Shown: piece by piece, positions 51,777 to 64,000 of the stretch
How the letters are laid out: each line of letters opens with the position of its first letter
Numbering within the stretch: the stretch's first letter is position 1
From: Anthoceros angustus
Lineage: Eukaryota > Plantae > Anthocerotophyta
Direction of reading: 5' to 3'
Assembly (NCBI GenBank): GCA_010909165.1
Contig: MU008158.1
Span: 308,581-372,580, forward strand
Length of the DNA: 64,000 nucleotides
Notes under the pieces: generated by a model
Database searches by the model: none
Seen by the model: the letters and a program-made list of their open reading frames with translations, nothing else
Told to the model about the DNA's origin: nothing
Program-made: the position numbers and the translations under genes

Positions 51777-52338
51777 CTCTTCTGCTACAGCTGCTGCTCA
51801 ACGAAACGCCAAAATGCAGCAACGCGCAGAATTTAGTCACACAGCCAGATCATCCACATTCGCAGCGGTTCCCCAGAAATGCCAAGGATCCGCTACCAGT
51901 CCTGCCTAACCCGTTCAAGACTGAAGAGACGGACAAGTGCTCTCTGCATCCCCCTCGGTTGAAAAGGAGCCTCACAGGGGATATCGAACGGATAAGAAAA
52001 CCACGGACCGCCGGTGACGGGTCACAGATATTGTTTCACCGCCGGTCGACAGTCATTGCAATACGTTTACAATTAGATGATGTAAAACAATCCGCCAGGG
52101 GATCTTTTCCCGTCTATTCTTCCTGATCAGTGGATTTCTTATCCGTCACCCATAGGATACATATGGGATGCTTCCATTCAATTCAGCGTGTGTATTTTGA
52201 GGTTATGATATGTGCTTAAACTAATGTATAAAAGGTTAGGCTAATATATAAAAGCTTTTTGTAATTAGGAAGTAAGATTATCTACTATACAGATTAGTTA
52301 GATGGGCGAGGTGAGGTTACGTAAGTAGACTTGAGGTT

Positions 52339-52840
52339 GAGCTCATAAGGAGAGTGAATAGATCACCGCAAATTTTCCTCAAGCTTTTTTACAGTAGTAC
52401 CCAAGTAGTTAATAGTTGAGATGAGTTGGATGGTAAGTACTCCACTCGTAAGAATCATTGTAAGGCCAACACCCCACGAAAAGATGTTGAATTAGTTGAT
52501 AGTTGAGGCGAGGTGGATGGTAAGTACTCTACTTGTAACAATCATGAGGCCATTGTTGTAAGGCCAACACCCTAAGAAAAGATGTTGGAGCTCATAAGGA
52601 GAGTGAATAGATCACCGCAAATTTTCCTCAAGCTTTTTTACAGTAGTACCCAAGTAGTTAATAGTTGAGATGAGTTGGATGGTAAGTACTCCACTCGTAA
52701 GAATCATTGTAAGGCCAACACCCCACGAAAAGATGTTGAATTAGTTGATAGTTGAGGCGAGGTGGATGGTAAGTACTCTACTTGTAACAATCATGAGGCC
52801 ATTGTTGTAAGGCCAACACCCTAAGAAAAGATGTTGGAGC
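52339..52840. repeat. Two apparently identical 249-bp tandem units, each containing two diverged sub-repeats of about 90 bp
   Basis: gagctcataaggagagtg at 52339 and 52588; a third gagct at 52837. Sub-repeat tagttgag…ggatggtaagtactc…gtaaggccaacaccc…aaaagatgttg. Confidence 0.92.
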
Positions 52841-54179
52841 TTGTCAATAGCACGACGACGATAGCGTACAACAGAGCGAGATGGATGAAGAGAGAGCCAT
52901 GTAGAGAAGAGAAAGATGGACAATACGAGTACATTGCATACCAGCCCAAGTCGCTTAGTTATTATAAGTAAGTCAAACTGATCACCTTGAAAGGACTCAC
53001 ACTTTGTTAAGTACTTTCTCATGTTAGCTGCAACCTCTGCCAATGTTGCTGAATTGAATATGCTAAACCTCTGAATTTGCTATTGACGAAGAAGAAGAAG
53101 AATATATTAAGGGGGCTCAAACCTTAGGTCCGGTGGTCAAACGGGAATCCCGTTTGATCGCCAAAATAGGCTCTGTAAGTTCGTCCAGGATGTTGGAGAT
53201 GAGACCCGTTTAGGGTGCCCCGTTTTCCACAAACCAGGAAATGGTAAGAACCCATTTATCAAAAATCCCGTTTGTCACCACTTGAGTTAGGGTTTGTATG
53301 AGGGTTCTTCAATTTGAATTCTGTGGCGCTCATCTTCGTCTACTTTATAAAATGCCTTCTGTAAGTCAGCGGCATCAAGTGTTGGAGGTGGTGGCCCAAG
53401 TGGTAGATTTGAGTTTCTTGATGGAAGAGGACAACTCTTACTTGGAAGGTGCTAGCGGTGAGAAAGAAACCAACAAGCTTTTACTTAAGAGCTTCGAATA
53501 CGCAGATTTGTTTAGTGATGACCCATTGTGGTACTACTTTTGCTGACGGCCAGCCGGGCATACACTGATCCCGTGCCATTGTGGTATGGGATCCGTTCCC
53601 AAGGAATAATCCTCCCGTTTGCTTGCGATCTCCTACTCGGCTCACCTAACTTACCCTTTGTCTGCGTTCGGCTACCCGCTAACAGCCTCCAGCTGCGGTC
53701 GACAGCGTCCACCTCGCGCGCCTTCCTCGTGCGGACTCTACCAGGCAGCATCGGAGCACCAAGGCGTATGGTCGGAGGATCCAGGGTTCGTATTACCCAC
53801 TACACCCCTAGAGTCTGTATCACTCACCTGGTTACAACCGCGCGATTTACGTTGCGTCTCACCGGTACATTACCGTAAAGGCCCGGTATGCCAAACGTTT
53901 AAGGACTCGTTCTCGTCCCAAGATTCTCTCTCTCTTTCTCTCTTGGCTCCTTCGTCGTTCCCCTCTTGTTGTCCTCGTCCTCACCAAGGGGTGCCTTGTT
54001 GAAATTGCGTGTCCCGGTGTGTGTGGGTTGCAGCACCTCTGCGTTTAAGGTCACCATCCGCCCACCAGCCTCCACGCCTCCTCGGCGACTAGTTAACTAC
54101 ACCTGCCCGGCTCGGGATCCCGCCGAGTGCAGGGGTCCCGATTTCTCCACACCTGCACTCACCACCACCCTTTAGGGTT

Positions 54180-55480
54180 CGTCACCAGAACTTGGATAAT
54201 TCTCCGAGTAGTCCTTTCTTGAGCACTACGTGGGCTCTGAGCACTCTGTATTCCCGTCTCCAAAGGTTCTCTGCAACCGCGCTCGTCACTTGTTGAGCTG
54301 CTCCAGAGCTCCTCTAGCAGCTCTAGCAACATCTCGAAGCCGTTAGAGGCACGCTGGCTCTTAGCCGCTTCTCGTTAGCTCGCTCTGTCTCCTGCTCCCT
54401 TCGCAGGGTGGCCAATCGTCCTGCCAAGGCCTGGGATTCTCCTTCCGCCCTTCGCAGACGGACTAGCAACTTCTGCTCCTCTTTCTTCCAGTGTTACTGG
54501 TCTGTCACCCTCTGGCTCAGGACCGCCATGTCCTTCTCCAATCGATCCCGGTAGTTCAATCAAACGATTGGCATCGGCTAACTCCTTCTCAAGCTTTGCG
54601 ATGTCCAATTCCTTGCTTCGCCGATGACTCTCCTCTATTGCAGTCACAACAGCTCCATTCGTTTGTCAAAGCCCGGGTAAGCAGCTGCCTCATGGAAGCG
54701 ATGAAGCGACAGTTATGCACTAAGTTAGTAATCACTTGCTACCCCATCACAGCGTCATGATCGCAAATGGTGTCTTCCCCGCAGATTTGCAGGCTCCATT
54801 CCCCCAGCAACACTCCTTTCAAACCGATCCATGACCTATCACAGCCATTACGAAGAGTGGGATCCAAATCGAAACTAAAGTGAGCTTGGTATAGGTCATG
54901 AGCTCCAAAGGCAACTCCCCTTCCAATCCCGCATAGCCCGGCAGGTCGATGTGGATGAGGTTGGTTAGAGTGCATAGCTGCGGGGAAATCGTTTTCCTTC
55001 CAGGTTAGCCTCTCCAAGCTGGCAAAGTTCCCGACGCAAGCCCTGATGCTACCATCGAACAACCAAGTTGAAACTGAGATGCAAAACCTCGCAACTTGTG
55101 CGGCATTGTCGGGAAAGCTCCCTTCCCAAGTAAACCACTCGATATGTTCCATTTGCGCAACCGACACCCTTCCAGGAGCACATTAACGTACGCAGTGGTA
55201 CCGCGAGTATGCGGAAGATCATCGGAAAATGAGAGGAACTGGATTGAGACTCACAAAGATGTGAGAGTGAAGAGAAAGTGGCCCAAACCCTTGGCATCTA
55301 CATCTGCTTGGAGTTGCAAAATATGCTTTTCCTTTGCACATGTTGAAAGTTTTGGAGTACCGAGTCCCAGTGCGAGGTCTAACTCAGTACCGAAGCCAAG
55401 TCTGAAAGTATCGAGACTATTCTCACGCCCACCCTCAAATTTTGAAGCTCCTCACCGCATCGATCTAACTGCCTCGACAC
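54180..55480 (-). other. Degenerate intronless coiled-coil-type reading frame, probably transposon-derived
   Basis: Frameshifted E/K/R/L-rich frames (ELDIAKLEKELADANRLIE; RDRLEKDMAVLSQRV…LATLRREQETERANEKRL) with stops. No diagnostic domain recognised. Confidence 0.3.
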
Positions 55481-55494
55481 ACAAACTAGTTACA

Positions 55495-57296
55495 TGTCAA
55501 TGATTTGTTGCCCTTGTCTTGACCACCGATGAGACATGTTGAACATAATGCAGGGAAACCAACTCATAAGCACAACACGTAATCCCTGTGCATAGACACA
55601 TAAGAGCAAACACACGACGAAGACAAGAGAATACAAACTGTGTATTGAATTATGAGAGTGTGCGAAGGCATAAAACATGTCTGTAAAAGGAGGAGTCGTG
55701 TCTGTTCGGATCGTGTCTCTTACGATGGTGCCTATTCAGAACGATGAGCATCATGATATGAACTGGTTTCACACACCCCCCTTGAAGCGAGATGATCTGA
55801 CCCTACTAGAAAAGGCAGCCTATGTTACAGTCGTTATTGCAATTTTATGTTACACTTCCAAATTGCAACATGCTATGTAGGCTTGGTATTAAGTTTGACA
55901 CTATTCCCTTCTCATGCTGTCACCATCTTAGCACGAACCTGGCTCTCTCTCATCATCTCACCCTCCTGAGTACACCCTCTCTCTCACAAGCATTGTTCGT
56001 GATTTCAAACATATACTATGAAAACCTGCTTATGTTACAGTCCTTTGTTACAATTTCATGTAACACTTTCCATTTGCAACACGCATTAAGTGAGTTGGCT
56101 TGGCATTAAGTTTGTGATTTTCTTCTCCACCTTCTCTCATCATCTTAACAACCTGCCTTTGGTCTCTCCTTTCACCTCATACTCCTAGTTAATGCTCCAG
56201 TATGACACCCATTTTATAATTTTTCCCTCTTTGTGTTGCAACATGACTGTGACAATGAGCTCCCCTCCCACACTACTATTTTATTCTTCCCCTCTTGCTT
56301 TTCCTACATGATAGTAACCAGGAACTCTATCTCTCTCCCTGTGGTTATCATTCTCTTCCCATTTTTCCTCCTTTGCATAGCTATGCATTTATAATCTACC
56401 TTCCCTCTTCAATGCACCCTTGTGTCCACATCTGGTTTTGTTTTTAAGCTCCACATACACAATTGAAAACTCTTGTTTTTACTTAATTATGTATAGTAGA
56501 ATTCTAGATTATTTATATGTCTATCTATATATACGGTTGCAGGTCGACTTGTTGTGTATATTCCTATATATCTATATGACTGAAACACATATTTATATAT
56601 GTATATATATATATTTATACTTATATATACTTGTAACCTAAATATAATATTATTTGCCTATGTCTAAGTTCATGGGCACGAGGGGGGAGAGGAGGAGGAG
56701 GAGGAGAGGAGGAGGAGGAGGAGGGGAGAGGAGGAGGAGGAGGGGAGAGGAGGAGGAGGAAGAGGAGGAGAGGAGGAAGAGGAGAGGCAAGGAGGAAAAG
56801 AGGGAGAAGGATCTGAGGTAGAGGAGGAGGAGGAGGAGTAGGAGGAGGAGGAGGAGGAGGAGGAGAGGGAAGGAGGAGGAGGAGGAGAGGGAAGGAGGAG
56901 GAGGGGGAAAGTGAAAAGACAGGAGGGGAGATAATAAGAAGGAGGAAGGGAAGATGGAAAAGAAGATGAGCAAGAAGAGGGGGAGAGGGGAAGGAAGAGG
57001 AGGGGGAGATGGGGAGGAGTATTCCATAGGGTAATAGTAGACACATGAGAACATGAGAGCAAACACACAAGAGAATACAAACTGTGTATTGAATTATACA
57101 AACTGTGTATTGAATTATGAGAGTGTGCGACGGCATAAAACATGTCTGTACAAGGAGGAGTCGTGTTAAATTATGAGAGTGTGCGAAGGCATAAAACATG
57201 TCTGTACAAGGAGGAGTCGTGTCTGTTCGGATCATGTCTCTTACGATGGTGCTTATTCAGAACGACGAGCATCATGACACGAACTGGTTTCACACA
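55495..57296 (-). mobile_element. Non-autonomous LTR element relic (TRIM/LARD-like)
   Basis: Direct repeats at about 55604-55775 and 57057-57296 both start TGTGTGAAACCAGTTC on the minus strand. The left one is preceded by a polypurine tract (aaggggg). Non-coding interior. PBS, TSD and the left boundary are unclear. Confidence 0.6.
56681..57020. repeat. Approximately 340-bp near-pure polypurine (GGA/GAG) tract
   Basis: Seen directly; it accounts for the low-complexity P/S/L ORFs on the minus strand. Confidence 0.92.
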
Positions 57297-57326
57297 ATCC
57301 CGGGCACTGAGAGACTGTTGTTCTTT

Positions 57327-57390
57327 GAGCTCAATTCACGCCCTCCTTTACAAGTGTAAAGAGCTCAATTCACGCCCTCCTTTACAAGTG
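57327..57390. repeat. Tandem duplication of about 30 bp (gagctcaattcacgccctcctttacaagtgt)
   Basis: Two copies, starting near 57327 and at 57361. Confidence 0.85.
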
Positions 57391-57500
57391 TTTACACTGT
57401 TCAAGCCTGTTCAAATTTAAGCCAGAAAAGGTCATCCCAAAGCGCAGACGGAAGGGAAGCGATTCACAAGATTGCCCTTATTGACTATTGACGGGATGGT

Positions 57501-58734
57501 TCAAGGTCTTGCATGAGAAGACAACAGGTGGTTGATTGAAAACATACTGTCACTCCCTTGCTGGAGGGGGCTATCACTTTCTAGTTTTAGTCCTGTGAGA
57601 ATCCCTGGTTTGCCAGCTTGAGGGTCGCCCTGCAACATACTAGCCACCTCATTTAAACCGGGAATCTTGTGATATTTGGGTAGCTGTGGTTCATCCTTGT
57701 CTCCACCAAAAATATTTTGAATGCATTCTATGGGGTTTGATATCTTCTTCTGCAGCTTCATCACGAAAGACACTGTTCCAAAACGCCAGATGGCGGTGGT
57801 GACAACCATAAACCCGAGAACCCAATGCGTCAATCTGTTTTGCTTCTGCACCACTTTGGCTAACTCGCCACATTCCAAAGAATGGAAGGCCTGAGATCCA
57901 ACTTGGTTGTCCACATCCAGGTTACTGTTGGTGGCCACTTCCAGATGTTCGGATGCACTTTTGAGATACATACAAGTTATCGGAGCTGAGGTCAACATTC
58001 TCACCAACGACTCCATCACAGCAGAATTCTCACTCACGGAGACAGCGGCCGCCTTCGCTGCGTCAGCTGCTGCCATCGCTGCGTGGGCAACTGCTTCCAC
58101 AGCTTCCCTCAAGGTCCGTTCCGTAACTGTAGGACCGGCTTCCTGCTCGGGCTTTTCGTTTCTGTCTTGAAGCTGCCGACCATTGCTACCAACGGAGGGC
58201 AGCCAATCTGGCTCTCTGAGTCTCTTCTCAGATCGTAAAACTTTGACCTATTCCCAGCAACACAGCAGTCAGCGACAGAACCTCTGAACAGGGCATCACA
58301 AGATTAGTTTCAGACGCTACCGCGGGCAGAAGTAGCAAATGAAAACAGCAACCCACAACTTGTCAGACGAAACATCCGGAAGCGGCAAGAAACAATCGAA
58401 GGTGAATTGCCAGCAAACTCACAGCACCACGGTTTTTGTGCCTTCCAAATACCTGCTGTATCAGTTTCTTCAGTATATCGTCGTTTCTCTGTTCATGTTG
58501 TGGGTCCTCTGGTTCAAGGGCGTTGTCAGACACCGAATCTCTGACGTATATATTTCTCCTTGGCAGCTGCAGCTGAGAGTTCTCCTCTCGCAGAACACGC
58601 ACAATGGCAGACTCCATGAGAATCAGGTCCTCTGGTTCACATTCCTCCACTAACTTACTAGTGTCATCTTCCAAGTGAAAGGAGGAGTAGACACTTCCCA
58701 ACTCTCCGGGAGCCTCTGTGCCATGTGAACTCAT
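57501..58734 (-). CDS. Uncharacterised protein with a C-terminal transmembrane segment (about 342 aa, 2 exons), left paralogue
   Basis: Exons 58734-58453 and 58247-57501 join in phase 0 across a GT-AG intron. Ala-rich helix, then KQNRLTHWVLGFMVVTTAIWRFGTVSFV. Start uncertain; upstream paralogous sequence is frameshifted near 58770. Confidence 0.65.
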
Positions 58735-59559
58735 AGTCTCGCTGTCAAACAGGTGAAAGCGCTGATCATCTTACGCCCCCTGACTTGGAAACTTCTCTAT
58801 CCCGTTGAATTGCGACTTTGTGCCTCATCCGAATCCTGTTCGCACCCGAGACAGAAGATGGTCTACCAGAATCGCTGGGACCTATGCCAGGCGTACTGTA
58901 AGACTGTGGAAGATCCCTTCTCAGATCCCGTCTCACCAGTTCTGACAAAAGAGCAGACAGGACTTACCTACGGCAGATGTGAGTGGAGAAACCAGCCCGA
59001 ACCGATGAAAGACAGGTTCATGCCTCTGAAAAATGGGACAGATCCTCCCAACTCAGGTTGGTGCTCGACCTCCAAAGAGAGCTGAACCACAAAACCCTAT
59101 TACCGTGTGCGGATGCGGAGTTACTGATACACATGCTCAGCTGCAGACATGTGGCAGATCCCCAAGCAGGCAGGAGAGTGTTCTCCCACGTATCTGCAGA
59201 ACATAGCAGGTACAACCCACGTGAACGCCGACACCTGCCAGCTGCTCAGTTGCCGAATCAGTTATGTATGTGAATCCAACAAGCAGCTAAGCCAGTTACA
59301 GTCGACTGCGAAGCTTACAAGCTCTGAAATCCAAACCATTCGAGAGATGCCAACAGGCCACACAAGTGCTGGTGAAGGAACCTTCTAGACAGCGCGCGAA
59401 TCCATGAGACGCTGGAATTCACCACGTGCACTACGTGCCGAGGAAAAAGGCACAGTCCGTGGCAGCAAGCTAGCAGCGTAGGTGTTTGGGGTCGTTGAGA
59501 TCCTGAGCTGAAATCCGTGTTCTGTGGCATACAGCACGCCGCAAGAAGCCCAGAAAAGA

Positions 59560-61752
59560 TCAAGGTGTTGGATTTGGGTAGCGTTCATGGACGGCATCTA
59601 TTTCAGCCAAAATCTCTGGACTGATATTCACAGACACTGATCCCAAGATCTCTCTGAGCTGCCACAGCTGTGTGGCGCCAATCACCACACTCCCGACAAG
59701 AGGATGTCGTAGCACAAAACCTGGACGGCGGGTCGTGCACGATTAGTCACATGTGGCGAGTGTATAGAAGCAGCTTAATTGGAGCGCCAACATACCAATG
59801 GCCAGGGCAACTGGGGAAATGCCGTGCTTCCTTGCAATATCGACATAGGCCTGGTGCAATCAGCCGTCACAATGAAAGGGGTCAAGTCTGATGATAAGAG
59901 ATATCACGAAACAAAACACAGTAGCTTCTGACCAAGACGGGGAAGAAAACTCACAGACACGGCAGGACGAAGATTTGGTTTTGTGAATCCGTATCGACCT
60001 TCTGCTTCTGCATACCGGCCTGCCAGGTGGGCATTTTTTGAATGTCTTCAGGAAGAAGGAGACGAGATCTGTTTGCATGAAATGAAATAGTACGAGAGGG
60101 TGCTCATGGACCTGTGCGAATGACCACTTTACCTCGATATACATTCAATCTAGACTGAGGAGGGCCTCCCTCAGGTGCCAGGTACTTGCCAGACAGCAAG
60201 CCCATTGCCAGAGGGCTATATGCCAGCAAGCTCACTCTGCAACCAACAAAATCCGACCAGCCACTGGTTCAGGAACAAACTCACTAAGCCACGTCGTTGA
60301 GGTCAGCCATGGGAGTCACAAAAGATACGTGCTAGACTTGGTTTGCTCAACTCACAAATTACTTTCGGTCTGCTCCGACGTACCTTTCAAGGTGGCAGCA
60401 TTCTGCCAGTGTCATATCAAATGTGCGACAGAGAAGACTGTAAGCATTCTGTGCCCAACTGGACCTTGTCATTTCCTCATGGCAGGCAAGTGCTGACAAC
60501 CAATGATGCTGAAAAGTTGTCCCCAGCAAATGGACGAAAGCTGTTGGGGAGGGAGCATGGACCCAGAGAGGTAGAGACTCAGCACATGTCACATATCTCC
60601 AAGCCAACCTACCTGGGTGGTGACAATTCGAGGCAAGCCACTCGCTGCCGCAATACGGCAGAATTCCATGACACCGTAGGCAGTCTCGTTGCTTACTCCA
60701 ACATGTAGGATCTGTTGTAGAAGAGAAACATACCATTTGAAACCACTTATGGCAGGATGTCATCACACAACGTTGTCCATTGCACCTACCTTTCCAGCAT
60801 CTATGGCCTTCTGAAGGGCTGTCAGCTGCTCCTCCATTGGAATAGAAGTATAGCTGTGGGTGGGTTGAAAATCTGTCTCCCCAAACATGGGCACATATCT
60901 GCAAGAGAATACGCCATTCTGCTAGTACCATGAGAGCATGATACACAGTCACTGGAGTCATAGAGTGCCAGACAGATGGCTTAGACGTACCTGTCCGGCC
61001 AATGTATCTGGTACAAATCAATGTAGTCGGTATCCAAGCGCTTTAAACTGCCAGGCCAGAAGCTCTTCATGTACAGCATCCAACGTTGACTGAAGTAAAC
61101 TTGTAAAAGGAAACACTACCTGTCATCGATCGCAGTGATGATGTTTCCTTGATCTAACGAATGCGGACCTCCCCTTATCCAAGTCATTTGAGCAGAGGGC
61201 CCACTAACCTACGTTGTGGTGCCCAGGGAAGCTTTCAGCTCCCAGAGATACTATTAAAGGCCATGCTCAAGTCGGAGAAGCAAATGAACTCGCACCTTCG
61301 TTGCCAGCACCATATGGTGCCGGGGAATGCTGCTCTGCTTAAGCCAGCGCCCAATGTATTCCTCTGACCTTCCTTGACTGCTGGCCTGTTGAGGCACTGG
61401 ATACCTGGAAACGAAATACAGAAGCTCAAACCTTACATACGCCAGAAGCCAACTTAGGAAAGAGAAGAATCCATTTCGACTCGCCCACACACCATTGTAG
61501 CTAGCCTCACATTTCTGCCGTATCTATAAAATTTATTCCTGCCTCGGTAGCTACATTGAGCTGCTCACATGCTTCAGCATAGGTGTTCTGCTCTCCAAAT
61601 GTCATCGTTCCTGCTTACGGTACATGCATGATTACATTAACAAACATGTATGTGTGATGGCTCAGACAAGAAGAGAGGCATCTGGACATACCAAGGCACA
61701 ATTTGGAGACATGCAGGCCTGGAGAGATTGAGACCAGAGGAATCCCTGCCAT
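59560..61752 (-). CDS. Tas-like NADP(H)-dependent aldo-keto reductase, 12 exons
   Basis: MAGIPLVSISPGLHVSKLCLG|TMTFGEQN…INFIDTAEM|YPVPQ…VLATK|VSGPS…|LKRLDTDYIDLYQIHWPDR|YVPMFG…|GVSNET…|NAYSLLCR…|LLAYSPLAMGLLSGKY…|…VVIGATQLWQL…RYPNPTP*. Catalytic D, Y, K and H are present and introns are GT-AG. Confidence 0.93.
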
Positions 61753-62204
61753 TTAAGGAACGATCGGCATTCTGTGCTGATCAGAATAGGGCTTGGACAA
61801 CGGCTGCTGGAAAGCCGCCACTTGAAACCTCGGCACTGGTTAGGGCTCTGCTTCTCCAGAAGTTGGAATGAGGTCTTTTGCTCGTCGCACAGGTTGGACC
61901 GTCAAGAACACTGACCTTGGATCATACTACAGACATACGGTTAAATTGAGTGCTTGCGAAATTGGCAATGTGCAGCACGGCTGAGAATCGTCCCAGCAGC
62001 TGAGCAAGAAGAAGTACCAGATTTATTGCCAACAGCGAGAGCAGTTGCGTGAAAGGCTTATTCGAGGTCGGCTCGAATAACTCAGTTACTGTTTGACAAT
62101 AGCAATAGGTCCTCCATCAAGTGTGGGGGAGGCACATTTTAAGGCAGGCTGGAGACTGCACCATGCAGGTGGGTTTCAAGTGAAAACAGCAACTTGCTGC
62201 TTCG

Positions 62205-62600
62205 TCATCGTATGAAGCAGAAGGTCGATGCGGATTCACAAGACGAAATCTTAGTCTTGCCGTGGCTAGTATTTTCTTCCCCGTCTCCAATCTTCCTTGG
62301 CGCGAGGATGCCATGGTTGTGCCCTGGTCATCTGGCTTGGCTTATTTCATTCTGCCGTCTCACATTACACCTACACTGTGTCGACAATGCATGGAGGCAC
62401 CCTGGCCATTTGTAAGTCGTTGCTCCTCCTTGTCCACACTGGCCACACGTGGTGGCTACAATAGATGTGCCCGACCCGACGTCCAGGTTTCGTGCGCCAC
62501 ACGGCTGTGGCAGATGCGGATCGGATCAGTATTTTGGGTTGAAAGAAATCCCGTTCACGACCGTTACGGAATTCAACACTTTGATCACTGAAATTTATCC
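62205..62600 (+). pseudogene. Decayed inverted copy of the last three AKR exons
   Basis: gaagcagaaggtcgatgcggattcacaagacgaaatctt, gtcgacaatgcatggaggcaccctggccatt and tccaggtttcgtgcgccacacggctgtggcag match the reverse complement of about 60010-59600, with deletions. Confidence 0.75.
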
Positions 62601-63168
62601 TCCATTATGGAGTACTGGACGTTATAGAGCAAGGATATTTGTCAGAGTCGCCACGACTACGAAGTCGCCAGATGGCAATGCTGTGCAAGCCTGCAGCTCC
62701 GGGCTGCTTCCCGCCAAATTCGTCTTGTCATCACTCCAACTCTGCAACGCGCTTGCTGCAGGTGGTGATCGCCGGCGGCTCATGACTTTGCGCCATGTCT
62801 ACAAAGCGGCCTTCGCCTGTACGTCTGTGACCTTGTGGCCTGTCAGTGGATTTCGACGTGATGGTCTGCATGAGTGAGAGCTTGTGGAATGTGGACTTCG
62901 CGGTTGGCTGTAATTGGCAGGGCTCCTTGGATTCAATTAAGTGATTCTCTAACCCATCAGCTGGCTTCTTTCGGCTTCCATGAGTTGAAGCTGTTATGTT
63001 CTGTAGCGTTGTGGAAGTACATACCTTGTTGCTTGCTGCCGGCCTGCAAATCTGCCACATTGTGAGATTGCCATTCCGTAGAATGCATTAGGGTTGCGGT
63101 CCAGCTTCCTGGGAAGGTTGGGCACCAAGAATTCTGAGTTGGGTGGGAGGATTCTGTTTTGCAGAGGC

Positions 63169-64000
63169 ATGAACCTGTCTATCATCGGTTCGGGCTGGTT
63201 TCTCCACTTAAAGATGCCACAGGTAAGTTCCCAACAGGTTGTCTTGTTTCTCTGGATTGGTGAAAGAGATCTGCCACGGTCTGACAGTACGCCTGGCATA
63301 GGTTCCAGCAGTTCTGGCGGGCCATCTTCTGCCCTCGGGTCAGAACAGGATTTGGATGTGGCACACATTGCATCGGTACGAGACGGAGAGGTTTCCAAGT
63401 CTGGTGGGGACGATGAAGAGCGGTTTGGCAGTGAGAAAAGGAGTTCTCAGAGCACAGGGGCTTCCATGGACAATGCCATCTCCTCCGTTGACGAGGAAGA
63501 GGACTTCCGTGAGCTAGTGGAGGAATGTGAACCGGAGGACTTGATTCTCATTGAGACTGCCATTGTGCGTGTTCTACGCAAGGAGAATCCGCAGGTGCAG
63601 CCGCCAAGGAGAAATATATACGTCAGAGATTCGGTGTCTGAGGACCAGAACGCCCGTGAACTAGTGGGGACGCAGCACGAACAGAGAAACAATGAGATAC
63701 TCAAGGGATTGCTACAGCAGGTAATTTTGAAGGCACAGTAACTGTGGTGCTGTGAGCCTGCTAGGAAGTCACCTTGACTTATTCCTTTGCAGCTGGATTC
63801 TCGTTTGCCAAGTTCTGGGTTTCTTGGTCCCAACGATAGCTCCTCAAACTGGTCTTGTAGACGGTCCTGTTCAAATTTCTCTCGCTAACTGTTGTGTCGG
63901 TGGCAATAGGTCAAAAACCTACGATCTGAGAAGAGACGCAGAGAGCCAGATTCGCTGCACTCCCTTGGCAGCAAGGTTCATGGCAGATACGAGAAGCCTG
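63169..64000 (+). CDS. Right (inverted) paralogue of the uncharacterised 57501-58734 gene; runs off the window
   Basis: LVEECEPEDLILIETAIVRVLRKENPQVQPPRRNIYVRDSVS…QHEQRNNEILKGLLQQ | intron 63721-63909 | VKNLRSEKRRREPD, collinear with the left copy including intron position. Start at 63169 or 63466. Confidence 0.65.

Noticed and set aside
50454-51909. Long plus-strand ORFs (319 aa and 202 aa)
   Set aside because: Antisense shadows of the GC-rich intronless ATPC gene; no motifs.
56621-57235. Pro/Ser/Leu-rich ORFs resembling extensins
   Set aside because: All three frames are open because of the polypurine tract; no signal peptide or SPPPP-Y pattern.

Overview
Eukaryotic nuclear DNA from a compact, gene-dense land-plant genome. 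Many short GT-AG introns (mostly about 80-110 nt), a WOX13-type homeobox gene and GC-rich simple repeats suggest a bryophyte such as a hornwort (inference). There are about 15 apparently intact genes: FtsHi2, a COPT5-like copper transporter, a short CWF19L2-like protein, CMT1/PAM71-HL, WOX13-like, a class III peroxidase, a double Dabb protein, a GH3 glucosidase, an uncharacterised multi-exon gene, UVR8, a divergent AUX1/LAX, plastid ATP synthase gamma, a Tas-like aldo-keto reductase, and two inverted paralogues of an uncharacterised membrane protein. Four repeat-rich blocks separate them. About 16-26 kb holds a lipase pseudogene, a LINE interrupted by a TIR element with a 4-bp TSD, a SINE-like partner and a rearranged Dabb copy. 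About 32.3-37 kb is AT-rich and carries an ORF resembling the RRP1/Nop52 C-terminus. About 42.5-47.2 kb holds a 33-bp repeat/spacer array, a Ty3/gypsy relic with an internally inverted integrase and a MITE. About 52-57.4 kb holds a 249-bp tandem repeat and a non-autonomous LTR relic. No rRNA, tRNA, cas gene or prokaryotic operon is supported. Family assignments come from recalled motifs; no database search was run.
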